From: Thermodesulfobacteriota bacterium
Lineage (GTDB): Bacteria; Desulfobacterota; Desulfarculia; JACQYL01
DNA: 64,000 nucleotides
Direction of reading: 5' to 3'
Assembly: GCA_963675595.2 (NCBI GenBank)
Contig: CAXXLZ010000002.1
Coordinates: forward strand, 1,248,001 to 1,312,000
Each line of letters opens with the position of its first letter. The stretch's first letter is position 1. The notes below the pieces were generated by a model that worked only from the letters and a program-made list of their open reading frames with translations, searched no databases and was not told the origin of the DNA. A program made the translations under genes and the position numbers. Shown here piece after piece: positions 39,404 to 47,933 of this stretch.

Positions 39404-40582
39404 ATGAACGAACCCGACAGAAACATCGTGCATCTCGATGTACCCGATTTTTATACCGCTCTGGAGGAATTACGCCGGCCGGAGCTCAAACGGGGTCCTC
39501 TGATCCTGGCGGAGCCGGGACCTCGGACCGTGGTCCGAAGCGTCAACGAAAACGCACGCAAGGAAGGCATCCTGGAAGGCATGCCGTTGATCCGAGCCCG
39601 CAGGCTCTGCGGAAAGCTCAAAGTGATCCCCCCGGACTTCGGTTTCTATCAGGAACGGCACGTGCGCATCGTCCGGGAACTCGGCCGCTTTTCCCCCCGG
39701 GTGGAAGGCGCTTTTCCCGGATGTTACTTCATCGACCTCACGGGAACCCAACGGCTTTTGGGAGCCCCCGCGGACGTGGCCTGCCGTCTGGAAGACCGGC
39801 TGGCGGACGAAATGAGCCTCCAGGGAAGAGCGGGACTCGGAGGCAACAAGTTGATCAGTCGGGTGGCGGCCCATTCCATCGTTCCGGGGGATCTATGCCG
39901 TGTTTTTCCCGGCTCCGAAACCTCCTTCCTGGCCCCCATGCCGGTGACCGTACTTCCCGGTATCGGCCCTAAGGTCTCCTCCCGCCTCGAGGATTTCAAC
40001 ATCCGCTTGGTGGGCGGGCTGGCCTCCATCCCCCCGGAAGACCTCTCCCTGGTGTTCGGCCGGGCGGGCGACCGACTTTCCCGATTGGCCCGGGGCATCG
40101 ATCCCGCTCCCGTCATTCCTTTCGAGCAGGTTCCTCGGCTTCGGCTGGTCCGAAACCTGAAAGAACGAGTCATGGAGTTGCCCCGACTCGAAAGCATCCT
40201 GTTCCAACAGGTGGAGGAGGCGGGCTGGATTCTCCGGAGGCACAACCGGATTCCGGGCGAAGCCGTTCTGGAAACGCGCTACGCGGACGGCGCCGCCGCC
40301 CGGGAAAAACGACGACTCGTTCCCGTTTCGACGCACCTGGACCTTCGCCTGTTCCTCACCCTGCAACCCGCTCTGGAAGCCTTGGTAAAACGCCGGGTGG
40401 CCGTCCAACGAATCATTCTCGAACTCTCCCGGTTTTCCATGCCCTTCCGGCAGATGGCCCTGTTCTCCATGGAAGAGCCGGAAGCGGAGCGGGAACGGTC
40501 CCTGCAGACCGCCCTGGACCATGTGCGTCGTCGCTTCGGCCCCCGGGCCGTCTCCTGGGGCCGAACCTTGGCGGACCGGTGA
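39404..40582 (+). CDS. imuB: Y-family polymerase homolog, probably catalytically inactive (ImuB-like)
   Basis: DinB fold (HLD..DFY, AR.EGI..GM, G.NKL.S, LPGIG); the catalytic SxDE is replaced by FPGC; Q-x-x-LF clamp motif (QMALF); located between lexA and dnaE2. Confidence 0.75.
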   Translation: MNEPDRNIVHLDVPDFYTALEELRRPELKRGPLILAEPGPRTVVRSVNENARKEGILEGMPLIRARRLCGKLKVIPPDFGFYQERHVRIVRELGRFSPRVEGAFPGCYFIDLTGTQRLLGAPADVACRLEDRLADEMSLQGRAGLGGNKLISRVAAHSIVPGDLCRVFPGSETSFLAPMPVTVLPGIGPKVSSRLEDFNIRLVGGLASIPPEDLSLVFGRAGDRLSRLARGIDPAPVIPFEQVPRLRLVRNLKERVMELPRLESILFQQVEEAGWILRRHNRIPGEAVLETRYADGAAAREKRRLVPVSTHLDLRLFLTLQPALEALVKRRVAVQRIILELSRFSMPFRQMALFSMEEPEAERERSLQTALDHVRRRFGPRAVSWGRTLADR

Positions 40583-40697
40583 AAGACGCGATATGCGGTG
40601 TTGCGCTTCATCCCTCGTCATTGCAGCGTACTTCTATGTACGCTTCACTCCTCGAGATTCGCGCGCCTTGCATCTCATCGTTTTTCACCGGGTCCGC
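40571..40697 (-). repeat. Family-2 repeat copy (inverted), overlapping the imuB stop codon
   Basis: GCGGACCGGTGAAAGACG...CGTTTTTCACCGGGTCCGC. Confidence 0.85.
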
Positions 40698-40912
40698 CGG
40701 AACTGAACTCTTTCAACACACTGTCGAAGGATGGTACGGCCTGGAAAGCTGAAAAACCGTAAGGCGGACGTACGATTTCGGTGGATCCCGATCCCGCACC
40801 ACTTTCATGTACAAAAGGATTCCGAACCGTGCGGGCCCCGCCCGCTCCGGCGGGTTTCCTCCGAAAATTCCTTCAAAAATAACATTAAACGAAAAACGGC
40901 ATTCTCATACCC

Positions 40913-43900
40913 ATGACCGGCGCTTTCGTTCATTTGCACGTGCATTCCCACTACTCTTTCCTGTGGGGGACCCATTCGATGGAGGGCCTTTGTGCCGGAG
41001 CGGCAAAGGCGGGCATGGAGTCCCTGGCGTTAACGGACACCAACGGGCTGTACGGGCTGATTCGTTTCCTCGATGCCGCGCGCAGGCACCGAATTCGACC
41101 CCTGGTGGGCGCTTTGGTCAAGACCGACGCCGAGTCCGCCGTGGTGCTGGTCAAAACGGCGCGCGGTTACGAACTGTTGTGCAAGCTGCTCACGCAACGG
41201 CACTTGGATGCCCGCTTTTCCCTGGCGGCGGAAATGCCTACGGCTCCCGGGGACTTGGCGGTGCTGACTTCCGACCCGACTTTGTTAAAGGCGCTGGAAG
41301 GTCGCACGGACCGTTGGGTGGAATTGGTTCCCGGACCGCAGGCGCGCCGCGCCCTGGACACGGCCCGGCAAATCGCGCTGCCCATCACGGCTTCCAATGC
41401 GGTGTACTTTGCAGACGCCGACGCTCATCCTTTCCATCGGCTTTTGCGGGCCATCGACCTCAACGTCACCTTGAGCACCCTCCCGGCCGGAGAAACCGTC
41501 TCAGCCGAGCAATGGCTCAAGCCCTCTTCCCTCATGGCCCGCCTGCTTCCTTTTTGCCCCGAAGCCTTACGCAACTCGGCGCTGTTGGCCTCCCGATGCC
41601 TCACGGAATGGGATGCCTTCCGACCCGTGTTCCCGGACTACCGGGACGCCCGCGGGGACCATTTTCACCTGCTCCTCGACCGGTGCCGCCGGGGCATCCC
41701 GTGGCGATACGGAAGCGGCAACGAGGCCGTTGAAGCCCGGCTCGCGGAGGAACTGGACCTGATCCGGGCCAAAGGATACGTGGATTACTTTTTGGTGGTG
41801 GCCGACGTGGTGCGTCTACGCCCCATCCATTGCGGGCGGGGCAGCGCTGCGGCCTCATTGGTAAGCTACCTTTTGGGCATCACCCATGTGGACCCTCTTC
41901 GTCATCGGCTGGTGTTCAGTCGTTTCCTGAACCCCAAACGCAAGGATTTTCCCGACATCGACGTGGATTTTCCCTGGGACGAACGGGACGGGTTGCTGGA
42001 AGAGCTAAGTATCCATTACGGTCCCGAACGCATGGCCATGGTGGCCAATCACGTGGGATTCGGCGCCAGGGCCGCCGTTCGGGAAGTGGCCAAACAGTAC
42101 GGAATTCCTGCGGCGGAAATCAAGAACGTCACCCGCCGCCTGAGCCATTGGACTCATCCGGCCCGAATTCGGGAGCGAATGAATTCCCACCCCAAGTTCC
42201 GGGGTTTCCATCCGGACGAACCCTGGCCCGAAATCTTCCGATGGGCGGCACGCCTCGAAGGAATTCCGCGACACCTGGCCACCCATTGCGGAGGCGTAAT
42301 CTTCGCTCCCGACCAAGTTTCCAAGTACGTGCCCGTACAGCAAAGCCCCAAGGGCGTCCGCATCATCCAATGGGAAAAGGACCAGGCGGAGGAAGGCGGC
42401 TTGGTGAAGGTCGACCTGTTGGGCAATCGTTCCCTGGCCGTGATCCGGGATGCGCTGACCGCCGTGAGGCGAAACACGGGTCGGAGTCCGGATTACGCAG
42501 CCCTGAACCCTCTGGAAGACCCCGAAACCCTCGAACTGCTCCGGCGCGGGGACACCATGGGCGTGTTCTATGTCGAATCCCCGTCCATGCGCCAGTTACA
42601 GCGAAAAACCGGACACGGGGATTTCGAACACTTGGTGATCCATTCTTCCATCATTCGTCCCGCGGCCAACAAGTACATACGGGAGTATATCCGACGCCTC
42701 AAGGGAGGTTCCTACCGACCCCTGCACCCGGCCCTGGGTGATCTCCTCTCCGAAACCTACGGTATCCTGGTCTACCAGGAAGACGTGGTGCAGGCGGCCA
42801 TGGCTCTGGCCGGATTCGACTGGGCGGAGGCGGACGGCCTGCGCAAAGTGCTCAGCAAAAAGAGTCCCCGAAAACTCGAAGAGTACCGCCGACGATTCGA
42901 GGAAGGCTGCCTTGGACGCAAGGTTTCAAGGCAGGTGATCGGTCGGGTTTGGGAAATGTTTTTGTCCTTTGCCGGATATTCCTTTTGCAAACCCCATTCC
43001 GCGTCCTACGCCCTGGTCAGCTTCAAATCGGCCTTTCTCAAGGCTCATCATCCCGCCGAGTTCATGGCCGCGGTCATCAGCAACGGAGGCGGCTACTATA
43101 CCACCTTCGCCTATGTATCCGAAGCGCGCCGCATGGGCCTCCGAGTGACGAGGCCGGATGTGAACCAAAGCGAGTGGTGTTGGACGGGTCGTGGGCAAGA
43201 GATTCGAATGGGCTTCCAACAACTCCGGGGAATCCGACGAGAAACGCTGGAAAAGCTCCTGGAGGAACGGCAAACCCGGGGAAGATACCGTTCTATGGAA
43301 GACCTGCTGACACGGCTGCGCCCATCGCCCTCGGATGCCGTGATCCTGGCCAAAAGCGGGGCTATGGATTCCCTGGCCCGGCCCTTCAACCGCCCTCGCC
43401 TGCTTTGGGGCCTGGAAGCGTGGATTCGCAGACACGAAGGTGTCTCTCCCGGGTTCTTCGGATCGATTCCCGGCTCCTTTTTCGACGCCGTTCCGAACCT
43501 GCCGGACCCGCCTTCCTGGAAATATTGGGAACAAGAGGAGGAGAGCCTGGGCTTTCCCTTGTCCATACATCCCCTCACTCGATTCGATATCGAGGCCGCG
43601 AGAGGGCCTGAAAAGATCATCCCGGCCTCCGATTTGGCAAATTATGAGGGGCGCACGGTCCGGGTCTTGGGATGGCCCGTCACACGCAAGGAGGTGCTCA
43701 CACGCAAGGGAGAGCCTATGGAATTCGTGTCCTTCGAGGACCGGACGACTCTGTACGAAGCCGTGTTCTTTCCCGAGGCGTTTCGCCGGTTCTGCCGGGA
43801 AGTGGACAAGGACCGGGCGGTGATTTTGCGGGGACGGGTGGACAGCGACTTCGGGGTGGTAAGCTTGAACGTCCAAGAGGTCAAACGACTGCCTTTGAAA

Positions 43901-43963
43901 CGATGGGGCCCACACCCGGCCGCCTCGCCCCAAAAACGCCCCGTGAGAGTAGACACCCTGTAA
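40913..43963 (+). CDS. dnaE2: Error-prone DNA polymerase III alpha subunit
   Basis: PHP-domain start HLHVHSHYSF, GRGSAA.SLV.Y.LGIT, PDIDVD, K.DLLG, FA.YSFCK.H and an OB fold; lies in the lexA-imuB cassette. Confidence 0.88.
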   Translation: MTGAFVHLHVHSHYSFLWGTHSMEGLCAGAAKAGMESLALTDTNGLYGLIRFLDAARRHRIRPLVGALVKTDAESAVVLVKTARGYELLCKLLTQRHLDARFSLAAEMPTAPGDLAVLTSDPTLLKALEGRTDRWVELVPGPQARRALDTARQIALPITASNAVYFADADAHPFHRLLRAIDLNVTLSTLPAGETVSAEQWLKPSSLMARLLPFCPEALRNSALLASRCLTEWDAFRPVFPDYRDARGDHFHLLLDRCRRGIPWRYGSGNEAVEARLAEELDLIRAKGYVDYFLVVADVVRLRPIHCGRGSAAASLVSYLLGITHVDPLRHRLVFSRFLNPKRKDFPDIDVDFPWDERDGLLEELSIHYGPERMAMVANHVGFGARAAVREVAKQYGIPAAEIKNVTRRLSHWTHPARIRERMNSHPKFRGFHPDEPWPEIFRWAARLEGIPRHLATHCGGVIFAPDQVSKYVPVQQSPKGVRIIQWEKDQAEEGGLVKVDLLGNRSLAVIRDALTAVRRNTGRSPDYAALNPLEDPETLELLRRGDTMGVFYVESPSMRQLQRKTGHGDFEHLVIHSSIIRPAANKYIREYIRRLKGGSYRPLHPALGDLLSETYGILVYQEDVVQAAMALAGFDWAEADGLRKVLSKKSPRKLEEYRRRFEEGCLGRKVSRQVIGRVWEMFLSFAGYSFCKPHSASYALVSFKSAFLKAHHPAEFMAAVISNGGGYYTTFAYVSEARRMGLRVTRPDVNQSEWCWTGRGQEIRMGFQQLRGIRRETLEKLLEERQTRGRYRSMEDLLTRLRPSPSDAVILAKSGAMDSLARPFNRPRLLWGLEAWIRRHEGVSPGFFGSIPGSFFDAVPNLPDPPSWKYWEQEEESLGFPLSIHPLTRFDIEAARGPEKIIPASDLANYEGRTVRVLGWPVTRKEVLTRKGEPMEFVSFEDRTTLYEAVFFPEAFRRFCREVDKDRAVILRGRVDSDFGVVSLNVQEVKRLPLKRWGPHPAASPQKRPVRVDTL

Positions 43964-44040
43964 CGGCCCGGCGGCGGAGCGATCCGGGTCCGTGGGTCCG
44001 CCAACCATGAAGGCGGCAATGCGTGCCCGGACTCTTCCCG

Positions 44041-44229
44041 CTATTTCGTTGCCTTGTCGGCCGCCTCTTCGATTTTGTCGCCGGCCTTTTCCAGGGTGTC
44101 GCCCACGTCCTTCACTACCTGATCGATTTTCTCTCCGGCTTTTTCCGCCGGTCCCTTATCATCGCAAGCGCTCAGCGCCAACGTGGCCGTCATCGAGAAA
44201 ACCATCAGCAATCTCAATAGGACTTGCAT
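44041..44229 (-). CDS. Small lipoprotein (CDxKGPAEKAGEKID type)
   Basis: Lipobox LSAC followed by amphipathic EKAG.KI repeats; RBS AAGGAGG. Confidence 0.75.
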   Translation of the reverse strand: MQVLLRLLMVFSMTATLALSACDDKGPAEKAGEKIDQVVKDVGDTLEKAGDKIEEAADKATK

Positions 44230-44431
44230 CTATTTTCCCTCCTTTTCGGAAATCCGTATTCAGGTGAGGCGCTGCTTTCCGATCAATATTTCCTTTGCAG
44301 AGAGTGCTCAAAACCAGCCGTTTGCTTCTCAGCTTCCTCTTGCACAATGCCGTGCCTTTGCAGGTTCCCGGTCGCCCGCCCCCGGCTTCCGGCAGGCACA
44401 TCGAAACCCTCGCCGTGGACAAGGCGGCTCC

Positions 44432-45571
44432 TCAGTACATCTCATATCGAAGCAGCCGGCATTCCAGTGGGCCATTGTACAGTATCTTTCTTCGGGAAGT
44501 GCGCAGCCCGATGTGTTTCGCCAAGTCCTTGTCGCCCGTGAATATTTCCACGGTCCAGCCCTTGCATCGATGTTTGAGCACATCCCCCAGCCGCTTATAA
44601 AACGGATGCGATTCTTCGTTCAGTTCCATCCGAAGGCCGTAAGGGGGATTGGTGACGACGGTTCCCCGCTCCTCTGCAGGAGCGAAATCCAGGACGTCCC
44701 ATCTCTGAAACTTCACCACGTCTCGGACCCCCGCCCGACCCGCGTTGTCCGCCGCCCCACGCAAGGCGGACTTGTCCAGGTCCGTCCCGAGAATGCCGGC
44801 GGCCGTGCTTTTGCCGCAACGGGCTCGGGCCTCCCGAACCACGTCGTCCCAGACTTCCTTTCGGAAATCCTTCCAGCGCTGAAAAGCGTAAGACCTCCCC
44901 AGAAGGCCGGGAGCTTTGTCCAACGCAATGAGCGCCGCTTCAATGACGATGGTACCGGACCCGCACATGGGATCCACAAACGGGGACACCCGGTCCCAAC
45001 CGGAAAGCAGTACCAAGCCCGCAGCCAGAGTCTCCTTCAAGGGCGCCTCTTTGGCGTCCGCCCGATACCCTCTCTTGTGAAGTCGGTCGCCGCTCGTGTC
45101 AAGACTCACGACGGCCTGACCGCCTGCAACAAAAAGGCTCACCGGCACATCCGGATTGCGCCGATCTATGTTGGGCCTGGAGCCTTTGCTGGATCGCAAC
45201 GCATCACAGGCCGCGTCTTTCAGCTTTAGAGCGGCGTACTGGGCGTTCCGGAGCGAGTCCGTGTCCCTCGTGAACGCATCCACGGCAAAAGTGGTTCGGG
45301 TCGACAGGAATCGATGCCAGGGAAGTTTTCGAGCTTCGCGGTAAAGCGTATCCGCGTCGGGACAAGGAAAGGAGGAAACCTGTTTAAGAATCCGATTGGC
45401 GGTCCTGAGATACATGTTGGCCCGATAACAATCCCGAAGAGACCCCTTGAAAAACACGCCGCCGTGTCCCTGGACCACATCGCGGGCGCCGAGTTCAACC
45501 AGTTCTCTCTCCAGCACCTCTTCCAATCCTCTGGCTGTGGATGCGAAATACAAAGAAGAATCGGAAGACAT
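44432..45571 (-). CDS. THUMP-domain RNA m2G methyltransferase (RlmL-like)
   Basis: GLEEVL..EL, LRTANRIL, LHKRGYR, APLKETLAA, DPMCGSGTI.IEA, NPPYG and LYNG.LECRL. Confidence 0.9.
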   Translation of the reverse strand: MSSDSSLYFASTARGLEEVLERELVELGARDVVQGHGGVFFKGSLRDCYRANMYLRTANRILKQVSSFPCPDADTLYREARKLPWHRFLSTRTTFAVDAFTRDTDSLRNAQYAALKLKDAACDALRSSKGSRPNIDRRNPDVPVSLFVAGGQAVVSLDTSGDRLHKRGYRADAKEAPLKETLAAGLVLLSGWDRVSPFVDPMCGSGTIVIEAALIALDKAPGLLGRSYAFQRWKDFRKEVWDDVVREARARCGKSTAAGILGTDLDKSALRGAADNAGRAGVRDVVKFQRWDVLDFAPAEERGTVVTNPPYGLRMELNEESHPFYKRLGDVLKHRCKGWTVEIFTGDKDLAKHIGLRTSRRKILYNGPLECRLLRYEMY

Positions 45572-45862
45572 GTGGGGGTCCCTTCAAGCTCTTTATGATA
45601 ATGGCATTTCCTCCGGGCGGTGGTTCACTTTCCGGCTTCCTTGGTGAGAAGGCGGCTCGTCCACCCGGGCTCGCAACGTATCCCGTATCCACAATATAAT
45701 CCGCCCATAGGGAGCCGGGTCAAGGCGCAATGCAACCTGCCGACCGATTCTCGTCACACGCCGCAGTTCCCGCGTCGGGAAGATTTCGCTCGGGGTTCCG
45801 GCCGATTCAAGGAATATGCCGAAAGCCGATCTCCAAAATCCAACCAAAACTCCCCACCATCA

Positions 45863-45892
45863 TTGACATATTCACGATACTTCCCCTATGAT
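45863..45892 (+). promoter_or_regulatory. Sigma70-like promoter upstream of the BY-kinase gene
   Basis: TTGACA-N18-TATGAT; a second TTGACA at 45901. Confidence 0.5.
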
Positions 45893-45973
45893 TGGATGCA
45901 TTGACAAGAAGGCCTGTCACGATAAAGATACCCGTTCAACTCACGGAAACGTTGACCGCTTGGAGGAGTACGC

Positions 45974-46627
45974 ATGGGCCTGTCGTCTTCCGGCAAAATC
46001 GAGGTCATGACGGAAATCGCGGAAGCGAAACGTATTTATTCGGCGCTTGAGCACGGGTTGGCCGGCCCGCAAAACGGCTGCGTGGTGGTGAGCAGTTCCT
46101 CGCCGGGTGAAGGCAAGTCGCTGACCTCCGCCGGAATGGCCCGCTTGGCCTCCTGCCACGGGGCAAAACGGGTCTTGTTGATGGACATGAATTGGTATGC
46201 TCCCACCCTCGACGCCGTCTTTGGAGTGGAACACGGTTTTTCAGTCAGAGACCTTGGATCCGACCCGTCCTTGTCCGATCTGGTGGTTCCCACACCATAC
46301 GAGAACCTTCATCTGCTGCCGGCGCCGAAAATGGACGTTGCCGGATTCACCGTGAACAGCAAGGAATTCCTTCTCGGAAGTCGATTAATGCAGGAAGCCC
46401 GCGCCTCTTATGATTTGACGTTGGTGGACACGGCATCCATCTTTCCGACCAACCGAAGGATGATGGATCCCGTCACCCTGGCACGATCTTCCGACGGCGT
46501 ACTGCTCGTCGTTCTGGCGGGGGTCACTCCCCGACAAAAGGTCAAAGGAGTGGTGAGCATTCTCAGGGCTTCCGGTCCGCGAATCGTCGGAGTCGTGGTC
46601 AACCACTGGAAGAATCCTCTTAAATAG
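45974..46627 (+). CDS. CpsD/CapB-like (BY-kinase) P-loop protein, degenerate
   Basis: Walker A SSSPGEGKS, LLMDMN, YDLTLVDT, DGVLLVV and IVGVVVN. Confidence 0.8.
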   Translation: MGLSSSGKIEVMTEIAEAKRIYSALEHGLAGPQNGCVVVSSSSPGEGKSLTSAGMARLASCHGAKRVLLMDMNWYAPTLDAVFGVEHGFSVRDLGSDPSLSDLVVPTPYENLHLLPAPKMDVAGFTVNSKEFLLGSRLMQEARASYDLTLVDTASIFPTNRRMMDPVTLARSSDGVLLVVLAGVTPRQKVKGVVSILRASGPRIVGVVVNHWKNPLK

Positions 46628-46672
46628 CACGTTCGACCATAAGTATTCGTCTTCTCCTTCGGAGGAATATCC

Positions 46673-47455
46673 ATGGGGTTTTTTGTTAAAAGATACGTTT
46701 CCGCCGTTTCCGCTCGACGCGCCTGGTTTCTGTTGGCTTTGATTCCACCTCTGGTCTACTTGGCGTTGGCCGCCGGCCGTTACGATCGCTACACCATCCT
46801 ACAAGACGTGACGATTTCCAAGTCTTCGCCGGTTTCCAGCGTGAAGGACCCCATCTCTTTCTTCCCCATGGAGATATTGCTCACCCAGCCCGATGACTTT
46901 TTCACCGACACCTTCGCATTGAGAAACCTGGTCGAGCAACTGGCCGCGCGGGGTCTCCTCCGGGTAAACGACGATGCCCAACGACACCTCCGCGTGATCG
47001 TGGCCCGTCATATGTCTCTGGAGATGCCCGACGCGAACACGGCTCAAATCAGTTACAACGGAGACGATCCCGACCTTGGAAAGGCGCTGGTCGGCTTCTT
47101 CGCCGCCCGCTTGGTCACTCGCGCGACGCAAGGTTTGGCCCGCATGGAGCTCGATGCTCGGAGGAACCCCGCGTCCTCTCTGTCCCCCGCTTGGCAAGGA
47201 ACCGTTTCCACCACGGACGAAATCCAAATACGACCGATTCGATCCCTGTGGCGACCTGAACGTCTTCGACCCACCCTTTTCCTTCTGTTCGTAGCCTTGG
47301 CCGCGGTCCTTTTTCTCATCGGGGTTTCGGAATGGACCGACCCCTCCTTCAAGTCCGAAAGGCAGGTTGCACGCTACCTGGAAGTCCCATTGTTGGGTTC
47401 TTTGCCCGATTTGGATCGCCTGTCCGCTTTGGCGGATGAAAAAAAGCGTCCCTGA
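46673..47455 (+). CDS. Polysaccharide co-polymerase (Wzz/CpsC)-like membrane protein
   Basis: N- and C-terminal transmembrane helices; C-terminal D.SFKSE.QV..YL.VPLLGSLP activator-type motif. Confidence 0.7.
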   Translation: MGFFVKRYVSAVSARRAWFLLALIPPLVYLALAAGRYDRYTILQDVTISKSSPVSSVKDPISFFPMEILLTQPDDFFTDTFALRNLVEQLAARGLLRVNDDAQRHLRVIVARHMSLEMPDANTAQISYNGDDPDLGKALVGFFAARLVTRATQGLARMELDARRNPASSLSPAWQGTVSTTDEIQIRPIRSLWRPERLRPTLFLLFVALAAVLFLIGVSEWTDPSFKSERQVARYLEVPLLGSLPDLDRLSALADEKKRP

Positions 47456-47735
47456 CCCCCGTCTGCAATCGGGAATTTGTGCTTCCGTAAGACCGTGAAC
47501 GTAATCCGGATTACAAATCCCGTGGTCGCAATTCCAACCCGGAAGCGGCAGACCCGTTCCCGTTGTATGACACAAGAAATCCAAGGTGACTTCCGCGGGT
47601 TACATCTAGCCTCTTCGTTTCGAAAATCCGGCCGGCCGGCTCGAGTATTGCATATCGAATTCGGCATGAGGTTGCATGGTTTCGTGCCGGGATCGGGTTC
47701 CGGGCACGAAACCCCTGAAGTTTGAAAGCGTAAGA

Positions 47736-47764
47736 TTGACAAACCCGCTTACATTCGCTAGATT
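47736..47764 (+). promoter_or_regulatory. Sigma70-like promoter for the FG-GAP gene
   Basis: TTGACA-N17-TAGATT. Confidence 0.6.
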
Positions 47765-47933
47765 GATTCAGCATGTACGCAAGTCTTCAGCCACGCAGAA
47801 GACGGGAGAACCTGAGCGAAACCGAGGCTTGGTACAGGCTGTTCCGTGAGGATGAAACGAGATGCGGTCTGCCGGAAGAAACAGAAATCGGGCCTGCATC
47901 GCCCCGAACTCAAGGGGTGAAGGAGGTACGAAG

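Noticed and set aside
47775-47850. c-di-GMP-I riboswitch
   Set aside because: The GGCAAA-P2-GNRA tetraloop and GACGCAAA junction are not properly present; kept only as an unspecified structured leader.
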